Below are positions 40,261 through 49,704 of a DNA stretch of 64,000 nt, piece after piece (positions within the stretch are counted from its first letter, which is position 1; each line of letters opens with the position of its first letter). The notes beneath the pieces are model-generated. The model was not told where the DNA came from. It searched no databases and saw only the letters and a program-made list of their open reading frames with translations. The DNA comes from an uncultured Thermoplasmata archaeon (GTDB lineage Archaea; Thermoplasmatota; Thermoplasmata; Halarchaeoplasmatales; Halarchaeoplasmataceae): contig CAYWJQ010000003.1 in the NCBI GenBank assembly GCA_964458595.1, positions 48,200-112,199 of the forward strand. The letters are read 5' to 3'. Position numbers and translations under genes: made by a program.

Positions 40261-40779
40261 CTAAGGTCCCTGATGCATAGCAGGGTGGTATTCATCGAAT
40301 TCTTCGAATTCGCTCATCCTATCGAATTCTTTCTTTAATATCTCGTAATGATTCTGTTCCATATCCGCTAGATAATTCAATAATTTCTTAGGATTGGTCT
40401 CGAGTTTGACATCGATGGCTTTATCCGCCATACTGCGATAAAAATCTCTCGAAGCCACTTCTGCATCCATGGCCTGATCTATTATCTCGGACTCGTCTAT
40501 CGATTCATCGTATCTTATATAAGGAAGCGGAACTGCAGTTTTATCCGGCACATCTAGCTCCTTGGTATCTTTGTAGGACTCGTAAAGCTCTCTTAGAAAA
40601 TTCTCGTGTTTTTTTTCTTCACCTGCTAGAAATTCGAACCGATCAGTGATCACAAAATTTTCGCTTCTATCCGCCAAGTGTTCATACACCTCTTGGCTGT
40701 TAATCTCAGCCTTGACCGCACCCTTAAGCATCTCTTCGAAACTTAACTCTTCCAAGTCCATATTTTCGCCCATTTTCAT
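40261..40779 (-). CDS. Ferritin-like (rubrerythrin-family) diiron protein
   Basis: Paired E...Y / EE..H motifs (AEINSQEVY, EEKKH, AEVASRDFY, MEQNH). Confidence 0.85.
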   Translation of the reverse strand: MKMGENMDLEELSFEEMLKGAVKAEINSQEVYEHLADRSENFVITDRFEFLAGEEKKHENFLRELYESYKDTKELDVPDKTAVPLPYIRYDESIDESEIIDQAMDAEVASRDFYRSMADKAIDVKLETNPKKLLNYLADMEQNHYEILKKEFDRMSEFEEFDEYHPAMHQGP

Positions 40780-41037
40780 ACCTCCTTTTCTTTAACAGAT
40801 AAACTTTCATGTGACCCGTTTATCATCTTGATTATAGCGTCAAGATGAACGTCGCCTATCTCCTTTATACAGGAGACGGCTTTTCCCCTCTCTTTCCAAT
40901 TTCTATATGTGATATGACCTACTTTAATTTTATTGATGTCACCTGAGTCGAGGATTTTATTATTCGAGTCATCGACTTTCTTCCTCATCATTTTGGTATA
41001 ACGGGATAATAAATTCGAAGTATATGTAATTTTTGTT

Positions 41038-41046
41038 CGATAATCG
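41038..41046. promoter_or_regulatory. Candidate Ptr2/Lrp operator core
   Basis: CGATAATCG matches the CGA-WWW-TCG core of the Ptr2 site, in the divergent promoter region. Confidence 0.35.
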
Positions 41047-41087
41047 CAAAAATACTAAATAGTTCCGGGGTAGGTATACAATAGTAT

Positions 41088-41519
41088 ATGGAAAACATTG
41101 ACGAAACTGATGAGAAAATACTCGAAATACTTAAAGAAGATTCTCGAACGCCTTTTACTGAGATCGCGAACAGATTGGATATCAGCGAAGCCACGGTTAG
41201 AAAAAGGGTCAATTCCATGGAAGAGGATGAAGTTATCGAAAAGTTTACAATTGAGATCGATCCGAAAAATCTCGGATATCGCACGGTAACATTGTTGGGC
41301 CTCGATGTAGAACCTGAATACTTTTTGGAAACCGTAGATAAGATGACCGAGATAGAAGAGGTCAGGTGGGTCGCGAAGTCCACCGGTGATCATATGATAA
41401 TGTCGGAGATCTGGACGGAAGATTCCGACCATCTTTCTAAAGTAATGAGCGAAAAGGTGGGAAAGATAGAAGGGGTTAGAGATCTTTGTCCCGCGATTCT
41501 CCTAGAGAAGATAAAATGA
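41088..41519 (+). CDS. Lrp/AsnC family regulator (Ptr2/LrpA-like)
   Basis: DSRTPFTEIA..SEATVRKRV HTH; TGDHMIM motif typical of LrpA/Ptr2. Confidence 0.9.
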   Translation: MENIDETDEKILEILKEDSRTPFTEIANRLDISEATVRKRVNSMEEDEVIEKFTIEIDPKNLGYRTVTLLGLDVEPEYFLETVDKMTEIEEVRWVAKSTGDHMIMSEIWTEDSDHLSKVMSEKVGKIEGVRDLCPAILLEKIK

Positions 41520-42235
41520 ATAAAACTTTGATAGAAGTTCCCCATGACGTTAGAGGCATTTTTAAGTCTAGAGAAAATAGATTTTTGGGTCTAGTTGAAG
41601 TTCAGGGTTTTGATGCTCTTCAGGAAGTTCATGTCAGGGATCCGGGCCGATTGGGCGAGATATTGTATCCCGGGAACGAAGTTTTATTGGAAAGAGCTGA
41701 TGGCGAGGATAGAAAGACGGATTGGACTCTTCTCGCGGGAAAAGTGGAACGGTCCTGGGTGTTCGTTAATTCTGGATATCATAGATCGATAGCGGAAGAG
41801 TTGTTGGATGATCCTGATATCAGTCCTTTTGGAGAATTGCTGGGTTACGAAGCTGAAAAAAGATTGGGTAAGAGCAGGATAGATTTTGCGTTAGAGAAAG
41901 AAGATGAAAAGATTTGGGTCGAAGTCAAAGGTTGTACTCTAGCCGAGGGCGGGAGAGCTTTATTTCCAGATGCTCCGACAAAAAGAGGAAAAAGACACGT
42001 CGAAGAGCTGATGGAAGTTTTAGATGAACAGAAAACGTCTGCGGCTATACTTTTCCTGGTCTTTAGATCGGACGCCTCTTGTTTCGCCCCTCACGAAGAG
42101 CAGGATCCTGATTTTGCTAGGGTGTTTGAAGAAGCGGTCGAAGCAGGTTTGTATATTCATCCCGTGAAGCTTAATTATGATGGCACCGCGGTTGAACACA
42201 TCGGCAAAATACCCTTGTGTGATAGATATGGATGA
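41516..42235 (+). CDS. sfsA: SfsA family nuclease-like protein
   Basis: NRF, DPGRL, SRIDF, EVKGCTL, FPDAPT.RG..H. Confidence 0.92.
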   Translation: MNKTLIEVPHDVRGIFKSRENRFLGLVEVQGFDALQEVHVRDPGRLGEILYPGNEVLLERADGEDRKTDWTLLAGKVERSWVFVNSGYHRSIAEELLDDPDISPFGELLGYEAEKRLGKSRIDFALEKEDEKIWVEVKGCTLAEGGRALFPDAPTKRGKRHVEELMEVLDEQKTSAAILFLVFRSDASCFAPHEEQDPDFARVFEEAVEAGLYIHPVKLNYDGTAVEHIGKIPLCDRYG

Positions 42236-42485
42236 AGAAAAGATTCAGGCTGCGATAGAATCTCACAATGAATATAAAGAGGATATCGCTAGAGCTGAAC
42301 TGGTAGAAGCGGGAGAGGAGAGACTAAAGGTGAAGTTCGAGGGTAATTTTTCACTGAGCTGCTGCATGGACGAGTATTTTATCGATCTGGTTTACGAGCT
42401 GGAAGACGAAGGAATAGAAGTAGAATTCAAAGACTTTCAGCAGGTGGGAGAGAAGAGTTTCGTCGCCGAGTACGAAGAGGGGTAA
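42228..42485 (+). CDS. Small hypothetical protein
   Basis: 85 aa acidic ORF with SCC motif, overlapping the sfsA end. Confidence 0.6.
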   Translation: MDEEKIQAAIESHNEYKEDIARAELVEAGEERLKVKFEGNFSLSCCMDEYFIDLVYELEDEGIEVEFKDFQQVGEKSFVAEYEEG

Positions 42486-42635
42486 GGTTAGATCTCTTAA
42501 GATTTGGAGAGAGATGCTGTATTTTTATATGGATCGGTGCAGTAGAAATTTTCACTTCTAGACCATTGATATTTAGATATCAGTCGATAAAATTTAAATT
42601 ATCGATGGTTCATTCATACCACGTCGAGGGCGACG

Positions 42636-45278
42636 ATGTCGGGTAAACCGGATGAAGAAGAAAGTGCTCAAAAGCATGATAGGGAGGAAGAGGAATCCGA
42701 GAAAAGTCTGTCTAGACTGAAAAAGATCTTCACGGAAAAGAAGAAGATACCGGCCGTTGTTCTCGCAGCCGTTTTGATACTCGCCAGCATCTCGATCATC
42801 TTTATCTGGGATTACGACGGCGACGGTCTCGCGAATCATCAGGAGATGCCTGTGATAGGTAGTGTCGAGTCGGACTGGACAGAGTACGACACTTCGGGAG
42901 ACGGCCTTTCGGACGGTACAGCTCACGATCTAGGTCTCGATCCCTCGGAAGAGCATCCTTCTGTATCTGCGGCATACGAAGGCGGTCTTCGCGGAGATAA
43001 GGCGGTAGCGTTCCAGGATGTGGAAGTGAGCGAGGAAGATCTGAAAGAGGTAGCGAGTCGGGTTTCTGAGCTGGAAGATCCCGCTGAAGTTGAAGATACA
43101 GTGAACTACCTCGCCGATGAGCCGGATCATATATCCGCGTTGATCACGTCTGAAGGTGAAGTTTCCGAACTCGGATTCGAATACAGGAGAGCTCTTCCAC
43201 CTTCATCTATCGAGAAGCTGTCCGACGTCCCGCTGTCCGAAACGAGCGAAGGATTCGTGCAGAGCATAAAAGAGATGGATACGAGCCTGCAAAAAGAGTA
43301 CATCGAGTCCGCTCTGAAAGGCGATCAGCTTTCAGAGTTGGGGGTTTATGCCACTCCGGAATTACCGCCCGAAGTTGTCGCGAAGATATCGCCTTTCCCG
43401 CTCGATGATAGAGGAAAGGACCTCGTGGAGCATATAAAAGATGAAGATCCCAACACTCAGATGAGATACGTGGACTCCGTTATATATGAAGGAGAGCTTT
43501 CAGAGCTGGGAGTCTACGCCATACCGCACTTACCCCCTGAGACCATAGGCAATCTCTCACAGTATCCTCTTCACAACGTTTCTCAAGATCTCGTTTATTC
43601 TTTGGCCGAAGTCGATATCGATGCTCATACCGAATATTTAGAGGCTGTAGTGGTTAACGAAAACATATCCGAACTCGGAGTTTATGCCACTCCGGAGCTA
43701 CCTGCTGAAGTTGTAGTCAAAGTTTCACCTTACGAACTCGATGGAACGGCGAAAGATCTGGTCGAGTACATGCAGGACGAGAACGTGAAAGACCAGAAGG
43801 AGTACGTCAACGCCGTAACTCAACAGGACGATATATCCGATCTTGGAGTCTACGCCATACCACACCTCGGTCCAGACACTGTCTCCGAACTGTCGCCCTT
43901 CGACCTCGACGAGACTGGCGAAGAGCTTGTCGATAAGCTGACGCAGACGGAAGAAGACAATCGCACGGAGTACGTCAACGCCGCGGAGCACGACGGCAGG
44001 CTTTCGGAGCTAGGAGTTTACTCCGTATCTTACCTGACGCCCGAAGCCGTGGAAGAAGTCTCACCTTTTGCGTTCGACGACACGGGGAGGGAACTGGTCC
44101 AGGAAATAAAAAACATGGACCTGGAAAACCAAACGGAGTACGTTGATGCAGTAAGCCCGGGCAGATATCTTTCCGACCTGGGAGTTGACTACATAGGTGA
44201 TGTAACACCTGAGGCTCTTGACCACATCTCGGAGCTAAGCAACAATAGAAGAAACAGAAGCTTCGCGGAGAACGTCTCCGGACTGCCGGGCGATGTACAG
44301 CTGGACTTGGCAAAGGAATATGCCGGCGATGGACAGATAACCGAGAAGGAGCTGGAGCAGTCCTACTTCCTCAATCTCTTGCAGGACAAGGGAGAGCTTC
44401 AGGCCTTCCTGGATAAATACAATGCAACCGACTACAACGTTGATAAAGACAGGTTCACCAACTTTTTCGAACTCGATAAGTCTGACTTCTTGGAGTATGA
44501 TACAGAGAACAGGGTTTACGCAGCCCATATAAATGCTCTAGAGGGACCCAAGAAGATTAGAGGAAAGCATTTCGGCCATCTCATGGACGCTGCAGAGCTC
44601 CCCGAGGACAGGGTATGGGAAGTTTACAACGAGAGTGCCACCTGGCCGAGATTCCAGAACCTCACTGACTACATCCAGGAGAATATGACCGAGGACGACC
44701 TCCTCCTGATGTCGATACGGGGAGATGGAACGCAGGCAGGTGCTTTTGCATTTAACGATAAGGGTATTGCCTACGACTCCATAGCCAAAGAGATAGAACC
44801 TTTGTCCGGCCTGAAGGCAGTCTTCGTCGACACCTGCTTCGGCGGGGTGGGTAAGGAACATTTCCAGGACCTCAACAACACTATAACCCTCTTCAGTGCC
44901 GACGAGAACAACACGGCCGATGCAGCCTTTTTCCCAGGTACAATATGGGACTACATGAGAACCTCCCGCGAGGAGATATATCTTCAGGACAAGAGGATCG
45001 GCGGAGTTTGGAACTTCATGCACTCATCTGACCTCAACGGCGACGGGGAGGTGTCCCTGGGCGAAGCATGGGAGACTTACCGCGAGACGCATCTGCCTAC
45101 GTACAATATGACGCCGGAGGACTATCAGGAGTCGCTCTACGAGAACGTATCTGACCCGGAGGCCAGGCGCTATCCACAGGTCGTCGGGGACCTCGACTGG
45201 TTAAGGTCCTTCTACGTTGCCCAGGGTATAGCGAAGGACAGGTCCGACGAGAGGCGTAATGTAGTACATCCGTATTAA
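42636..45278 (+). CDS. Membrane-anchored repeat protein with C-terminal caspase/legumain-like (clan CD) domain lacking the catalytic His
   Basis: TM helix, DxDGDG Ca-binding motifs, seven 56-aa repeats, SIRGDG...VDTCFGG, EF-hand-like DLNGDGEVS. Confidence 0.7.
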   Translation: MSGKPDEEESAQKHDREEEESEKSLSRLKKIFTEKKKIPAVVLAAVLILASISIIFIWDYDGDGLANHQEMPVIGSVESDWTEYDTSGDGLSDGTAHDLGLDPSEEHPSVSAAYEGGLRGDKAVAFQDVEVSEEDLKEVASRVSELEDPAEVEDTVNYLADEPDHISALITSEGEVSELGFEYRRALPPSSIEKLSDVPLSETSEGFVQSIKEMDTSLQKEYIESALKGDQLSELGVYATPELPPEVVAKISPFPLDDRGKDLVEHIKDEDPNTQMRYVDSVIYEGELSELGVYAIPHLPPETIGNLSQYPLHNVSQDLVYSLAEVDIDAHTEYLEAVVVNENISELGVYATPELPAEVVVKVSPYELDGTAKDLVEYMQDENVKDQKEYVNAVTQQDDISDLGVYAIPHLGPDTVSELSPFDLDETGEELVDKLTQTEEDNRTEYVNAAEHDGRLSELGVYSVSYLTPEAVEEVSPFAFDDTGRELVQEIKNMDLENQTEYVDAVSPGRYLSDLGVDYIGDVTPEALDHISELSNNRRNRSFAENVSGLPGDVQLDLAKEYAGDGQITEKELEQSYFLNLLQDKGELQAFLDKYNATDYNVDKDRFTNFFELDKSDFLEYDTENRVYAAHINALEGPKKIRGKHFGHLMDAAELPEDRVWEVYNESATWPRFQNLTDYIQENMTEDDLLLMSIRGDGTQAGAFAFNDKGIAYDSIAKEIEPLSGLKAVFVDTCFGGVGKEHFQDLNNTITLFSADENNTADAAFFPGTIWDYMRTSREEIYLQDKRIGGVWNFMHSSDLNGDGEVSLGEAWETYRETHLPTYNMTPEDYQESLYENVSDPEARRYPQVVGDLDWLRSFYVAQGIAKDRSDERRNVVHPY
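43164..44339 (+). repeat. Seven tandem 168-bp (56-aa) coding repeats
   Basis: S[ED]LG at 43164, 43332, 43500, 43668, 43836, 44004 and 44172. Confidence 0.85.
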
Positions 45279-45358
45279 ATTCCTTTCTCAAAATTCTTAT
45301 AAACGAGCAACAGAAAGTATGAACTAAGAGCCGTGCAAAGGGCGTTTTCCGTGAGACT

Positions 45359-46426
45359 ATGGAAGATATAGAGAGGTGGATAAGAAGGCAGGTTGAGTCC
45401 GGCTACACTCCCGAGGAGGTCAAGGAGTCGCTGAAACAGAGCGGAAAGGACCCTGACCTCGTCGACGAGGTGCTCGGTGATAGGAAGCACGGAAACGGTA
45501 AGAAGTTTTACCTCTTCGGCGGCGCTGTCGCCGCTGTCCTCCTTGTTGCCGCCCTTTTTTACTTCTATCTATTTCAGGGCGTCACGGTTACGAGATCCAT
45601 ACAAAGCCCGGCGAGACCGGGCTCGACTCCTGAGATCGTGCTAGATATAAATGGTAGCTACACCTCACTGACTATAGAGGAGGAAATTCCCGAGGGACTT
45701 GGTATAGATTCCCATGACGGCGGCTACGTGAATGAAGAAAAGAACGTTATCACCTGGGAACTTCTCAACGAGAGTGCGACATGGGACGCCTTCCAGAAAG
45801 CCACCGACCGCATCGCCGAGAACATGACCAACGATGACCTCCTCTTGTTGTCGATGAGAGGCCATGGGACAGATGGAGGATTTACATTCCATGGTCTGGG
45901 TGTGGGTTATAGCTTGATAGCAGATGAAATAGATGACATGAACAACACGGGCCTCAAGAACGTGATGATAGACTCGTGCTTCGGCGGCTCGGGAAAGGAG
46001 TATTTCCAGGACCTCAACAACACGATAACCATGTTCAGTTCCGGCGAGAACGAAACTGCCGACGCGGCACTCTTTCCGGGTGCACTCTGGCGTTACATGA
46101 GGACCACTGACCAGGAGATAACACTTTCGGACAGTAGGTATTCAGGTGGCGGTTATGAATTCATGAACTCACCTGATCTTGATGACGATGATGAGGTCTC
46201 TCTCTGGGAAGCCTGGAAGACCTACATGGGGCTTCACGTTCCCGACTATCCCTTTACACCTGAGGAATATAGAGAAGATTTGTATGATGCAGTTGACGAT
46301 CCTGAGGCCCTGCAGACGCCCCAGCTTGTTGTTGGAAACTCCGCTGAGCTGGAGGACTTTTACCTTGCTGACGACCTTGCGGTGAACAGGTCTGATGAAA
46401 GGTATGACGTTAGCCATCCTTTCTAA
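45359..46426 (+). CDS. Membrane-anchored protein with Ig-like segment and clan CD peptidase-like domain
   Basis: TM helix; SMRGHG...IDSCFGG His-Cys dyad; paralogous to the C-terminus of the upstream gene. Confidence 0.72.
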   Translation: MEDIERWIRRQVESGYTPEEVKESLKQSGKDPDLVDEVLGDRKHGNGKKFYLFGGAVAAVLLVAALFYFYLFQGVTVTRSIQSPARPGSTPEIVLDINGSYTSLTIEEEIPEGLGIDSHDGGYVNEEKNVITWELLNESATWDAFQKATDRIAENMTNDDLLLLSMRGHGTDGGFTFHGLGVGYSLIADEIDDMNNTGLKNVMIDSCFGGSGKEYFQDLNNTITMFSSGENETADAALFPGALWRYMRTTDQEITLSDSRYSGGGYEFMNSPDLDDDDEVSLWEAWKTYMGLHVPDYPFTPEEYREDLYDAVDDPEALQTPQLVVGNSAELEDFYLADDLAVNRSDERYDVSHPF

Positions 46427-46528
46427 TTGTTTAGCCCTGACCTCACGGTCCTTGGAAATTCTTATAAACCGCAAGCTCCAAAGTCTTTGGTAGAGGTTAC
46501 GCCGTTTGTATGCTCCGGAGCTGGTGAT

Positions 46529-46560
46529 ATGTCCGAGATAGAGGATTGGATCGAGAGACC
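46529..46560 (+). pseudogene. 5' stub of a third paralog
   Basis: MSEIEDWIER resembles MEDIERWIRR; preceded by SD GGTGA and the same AAATTCTTATAAAC motif. Confidence 0.5.
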
Positions 46561-46783
46561 TCAACCCACCTCGACCATCGCGATCCACCCCGAAAAACAA
46601 CTGTCTATCACACGCGATAGATGTAATGTTCTTCATCCAATGTAGTTCACCCGTACTAGTTCTTCTAGATATTCACCTAGATTCCTGAGGTTCTCAAAGA
46701 AAAGATCTACGACTTTAGAGTTGAGATAAAAGTAAATTGAAGAGGGCAAAAGTTTAAATCTATTTCCTGTTTGTTAAATAGCG

Positions 46784-47098
46784 ATGAAAAAACGGAAGAG
46801 CCCGGGTTACATACTTGGAAAGGAAAGCTACGCTCATGCGATCCTTTACCTGTATAACAACTCTGACGTTGTTTCGACAGATTTTGAAGATCTTGGGATG
46901 GGACACAAAAAGTACAACGAATTGATAGAGAGCATGATCTCCGACGGCCTGATAACTGAGGAAGAACAGACAAAGCCATATTACCAGAGGAACATCGAAC
47001 TCACCGATAAGGGAAAAGAGGTGGCGGAACTCATCGTTGAGGCCGAAATAAAAGCTAGAAAAGATTTAGATGAGGACCTGAAAGACCTACCTGCATGA
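46784..47098 (+). CDS. Winged-helix DNA-binding protein
   Basis: M..DGLI.E......IELTDKGKEVA wing motif. Confidence 0.7.
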   Translation: MKKRKSPGYILGKESYAHAILYLYNNSDVVSTDFEDLGMGHKKYNELIESMISDGLITEEEQTKPYYQRNIELTDKGKEVAELIVEAEIKARKDLDEDLKDLPA

Positions 47099-47308
47099 GC
47101 AGTTCTCGCTGCACTTGTCCTTATCAATATTATCCTTGATGTAGTCCAGCTCATCGATCAATTTTCTTCTATTGTCGTTTTTGATGTGTGTCAGCAATCT
47201 CTCCAATCTTCGCAGGCACTCGCACTCCTCACCGCTCATCCCGCTGTCGTTCCGAAAGTCCTTGCAGAACTCTTCCAGCAGCTTCTCGTACTTCAGATCC
47301 GAACTCAT
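47087..47308 (-). CDS. Small hypothetical protein
   Basis: 73 aa Cys-containing ORF convergent with the wHTH gene. Confidence 0.4.
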   Translation of the reverse strand: MSSDLKYEKLLEEFCKDFRNDSGMSGEECECLRRLERLLTHIKNDNRRKLIDELDYIKDNIDKDKCSENCSCR

Positions 47309-47632
47309 CTTACCGACCTTCCTCGTTATTCTTCTCTTGTTGCGTCTCCTTCATACCGTCGGGAAGGCCTGTCGAAAAAATTTCTGCAGGGGAAACTAGA
47401 TGGTCTTTCCTTCTCGTCTTTTTTGTTTCCATGATATCACCAATCTCATCGCCTTCAATTATAAAATAGAAATACCATGGGAGGGGACGGTGAAAGTGAA
47501 ATGTAGAAACTTTTACTAATTTTCAGATCTATTGTTTCTATAAAATCAAACAATCGTTTTTTTTTACTCTCATTTTTTAATATTTTTTTATTTTGTTATT
47601 AAGACTCAACAATTTAACTAAGACTGTTTTCT

Positions 47633-49228
47633 CTATTTTTTTCTATTTAAATCATATTTAGGTAAACCCATAGGCATTATTTTACCTTTTTTTCTAATTT
47701 TATCTTTTTTCTTCATTTCTTCTAACTTGATTGCCAAAGATAGGTATATAAGTGCCGCTCTAGTTAGTTTGATAGTCTTTAAAACTTTATCTTCAAAATC
47801 TCTTCTAGAAATAGAGTAAGAAAATCTGTCATTAAAGAGATCTTCTTGCTTCTCCTCTTTCTCTCCAAAATCAAAACTATGTAATTTAAGATATCTATGT
47901 TCCAAAGCGTTGCGAATATTTCTTATTTTTCTAGCAGAGGGATCTATTGCCTGTCTTCGTTCTTCTTTTCCTTCAATATCTTTACTCAACCAAAATAGTC
48001 CTTTTAAAGGGTTGTTCTTTCTGCATTTGAAGGTTGTTTTTAAAGGTTGATTATAATCTGCATTTTTATACCAAAGTCTTCTAAAATTTACCTGACGATC
48101 GGGAATATCTAAAGAAAAATATTTACTCAAGAAGAAACCAATTTTGTCTAGAATAGAGTACATCATTTTAAATGACATTTTAGTTTTTTCAATATTTAGA
48201 GAGTACTCGGGATAATCCAAAGTGTCATGCAAAGAAACTTTTTTATCAGAAAAATGTTCTCCTTTACCGTTTATTCCTTCATAGTAAAGATATCTTGCTG
48301 AAACAAACTCTTGTTTCATCTGATTAAAAAGACCAAAATATGAAGGGGGATGAAAATCTGACTCATTTGATAAATCATTATATAAAGAAGGTAGATGGAG
48401 TATATCTTGATTACTGATTGAAAAAGGACCAATATCATTTATAGGATTTAAGAAAAGCTTGTTCTTTATACACCATTTTCTATACTCAATTTCTTCTTCA
48501 TTATTACCATGTGGGTATTCATCTAATTCAAAACCATCAGTTAATTCTAAATTATTTTTGGAAAACCAAGATTCTATATCTTTTAAGGTTCTTGTAAAAC
48601 GTTTCTCAGCTTCTGGGTGTAATAAATATTCATTTTTACTTTTTAAACTTTTATTTAATAAAGAATAAGAATAATCTAATAAAATTTTCCTATGCCCTTT
48701 ATCGTACAGATATTGGGCGTAGGTTTTCAGACAAATAGCTTTGTTACCGATAGCCATTGGGAACTGTGAGTGCCATTTTAAAGCTTCGTTATAATAATTA
48801 ATTGCTTCTACAAATCTACCCACTCGAGAAAAACAATTACCTAAATTAGTGTAAACTTGACTTTTTCTTTTAAAAGACAAACCTTCGAAACCCTCACTTT
48901 CTATACATTTTCTAAAGTAAACGATTTCTTTTTCAATGTCCGTATCCTGCCATTTCCATTTTTTGTCATCTTGGTTTCTATTTATATCTCTTTGGTAATC
49001 AAAAATATTCCCTCGAAAATAATCCAAAAGACTTCTGTTTTTTTTTGAAAAAGTTTCAAAATCAATTTCTTGAATCTCTTTTAAGGCCTTATCTAAGCCT
49101 TTTTTTTCCATTAAATCAATTGACGTGTCTGCTAGTTCTCCTATATATTGTATAAATTCTTTTTCTGACAAGCTAGACGTATCTGTATCAAACATCAATT
49201 TTTCAAATTTCTCTTCCTTATTATTCAT
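47633..49228 (-). CDS. TPR + HEPN (LA2681-like) protein, putative defence RNase
   Basis: TPR (YTNLGNCFSRVGRFVEAINYY), FNQMKQEFVSARY, YSILDKIG, RNALEH (RxxxxH); AT-rich gene. Confidence 0.82.
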   Translation of the reverse strand: MNNKEEKFEKLMFDTDTSSLSEKEFIQYIGELADTSIDLMEKKGLDKALKEIQEIDFETFSKKNRSLLDYFRGNIFDYQRDINRNQDDKKWKWQDTDIEKEIVYFRKCIESEGFEGLSFKRKSQVYTNLGNCFSRVGRFVEAINYYNEALKWHSQFPMAIGNKAICLKTYAQYLYDKGHRKILLDYSYSLLNKSLKSKNEYLLHPEAEKRFTRTLKDIESWFSKNNLELTDGFELDEYPHGNNEEEIEYRKWCIKNKLFLNPINDIGPFSISNQDILHLPSLYNDLSNESDFHPPSYFGLFNQMKQEFVSARYLYYEGINGKGEHFSDKKVSLHDTLDYPEYSLNIEKTKMSFKMMYSILDKIGFFLSKYFSLDIPDRQVNFRRLWYKNADYNQPLKTTFKCRKNNPLKGLFWLSKDIEGKEERRQAIDPSARKIRNIRNALEHRYLKLHSFDFGEKEEKQEDLFNDRFSYSISRRDFEDKVLKTIKLTRAALIYLSLAIKLEEMKKKDKIRKKGKIMPMGLPKYDLNRKK

Positions 49229-49383
49229 AAACCATTCAAATACAGCTTTTCGAACTTAATATTTCTTTTGATAGACAAGGGATTCATGAAGAGAATAGAA
49301 TCAAGTCCTAAATTAAGAGTGAAAATTAAGAAAGAGGAAAAGTAGAAAATTAGCATGTAACAATATAAGAAAAACCGACGGTT

Positions 49384-49704
49384 TCACCCGTCGAGGTTGC
49401 TGTTCTTATCTGCTTTTTGCAGAGACTTCATGATCCTGTAAGCCCTCATGTGCTTACAGACGTTACCTTCCCTGTACTGAAAGTCAGGGCAGGTGCAGAA
49501 GTTCCCTGTCACGTGATAGGTCCCGCCTCCGTTCTGGGAGTGCACTTTCGCTCCCTTCCTGGAGAGCAGATCCACCTGGCCGTTGAGTACCAGGGACAGA
49601 GCTTTCACGCTTCTACTTGAAAGGGTTTTTTCCAGCCGTTCCTTACCATCGTCTGTAAGGCCGACTTCGGTTTTTTCTTCTTTTTTACTTTTTGTTTCAG
49701 ACAT
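49384..49704 (-). CDS. SWIM zinc-finger protein
   Basis: YHV...CTCPDF...CKH. Confidence 0.85.
   Translation of the reverse strand: MSETKSKKEEKTEVGLTDDGKERLEKTLSSRSVKALSLVLNGQVDLLSRKGAKVHSQNGGGTYHVTGNFCTCPDFQYREGNVCKHMRAYRIMKSLQKADKNSNLDG

Noticed and set aside
40930-40991. C/D box sRNA starting ATGATGA on the minus strand
   Set aside because: No properly spaced CTGA D box found
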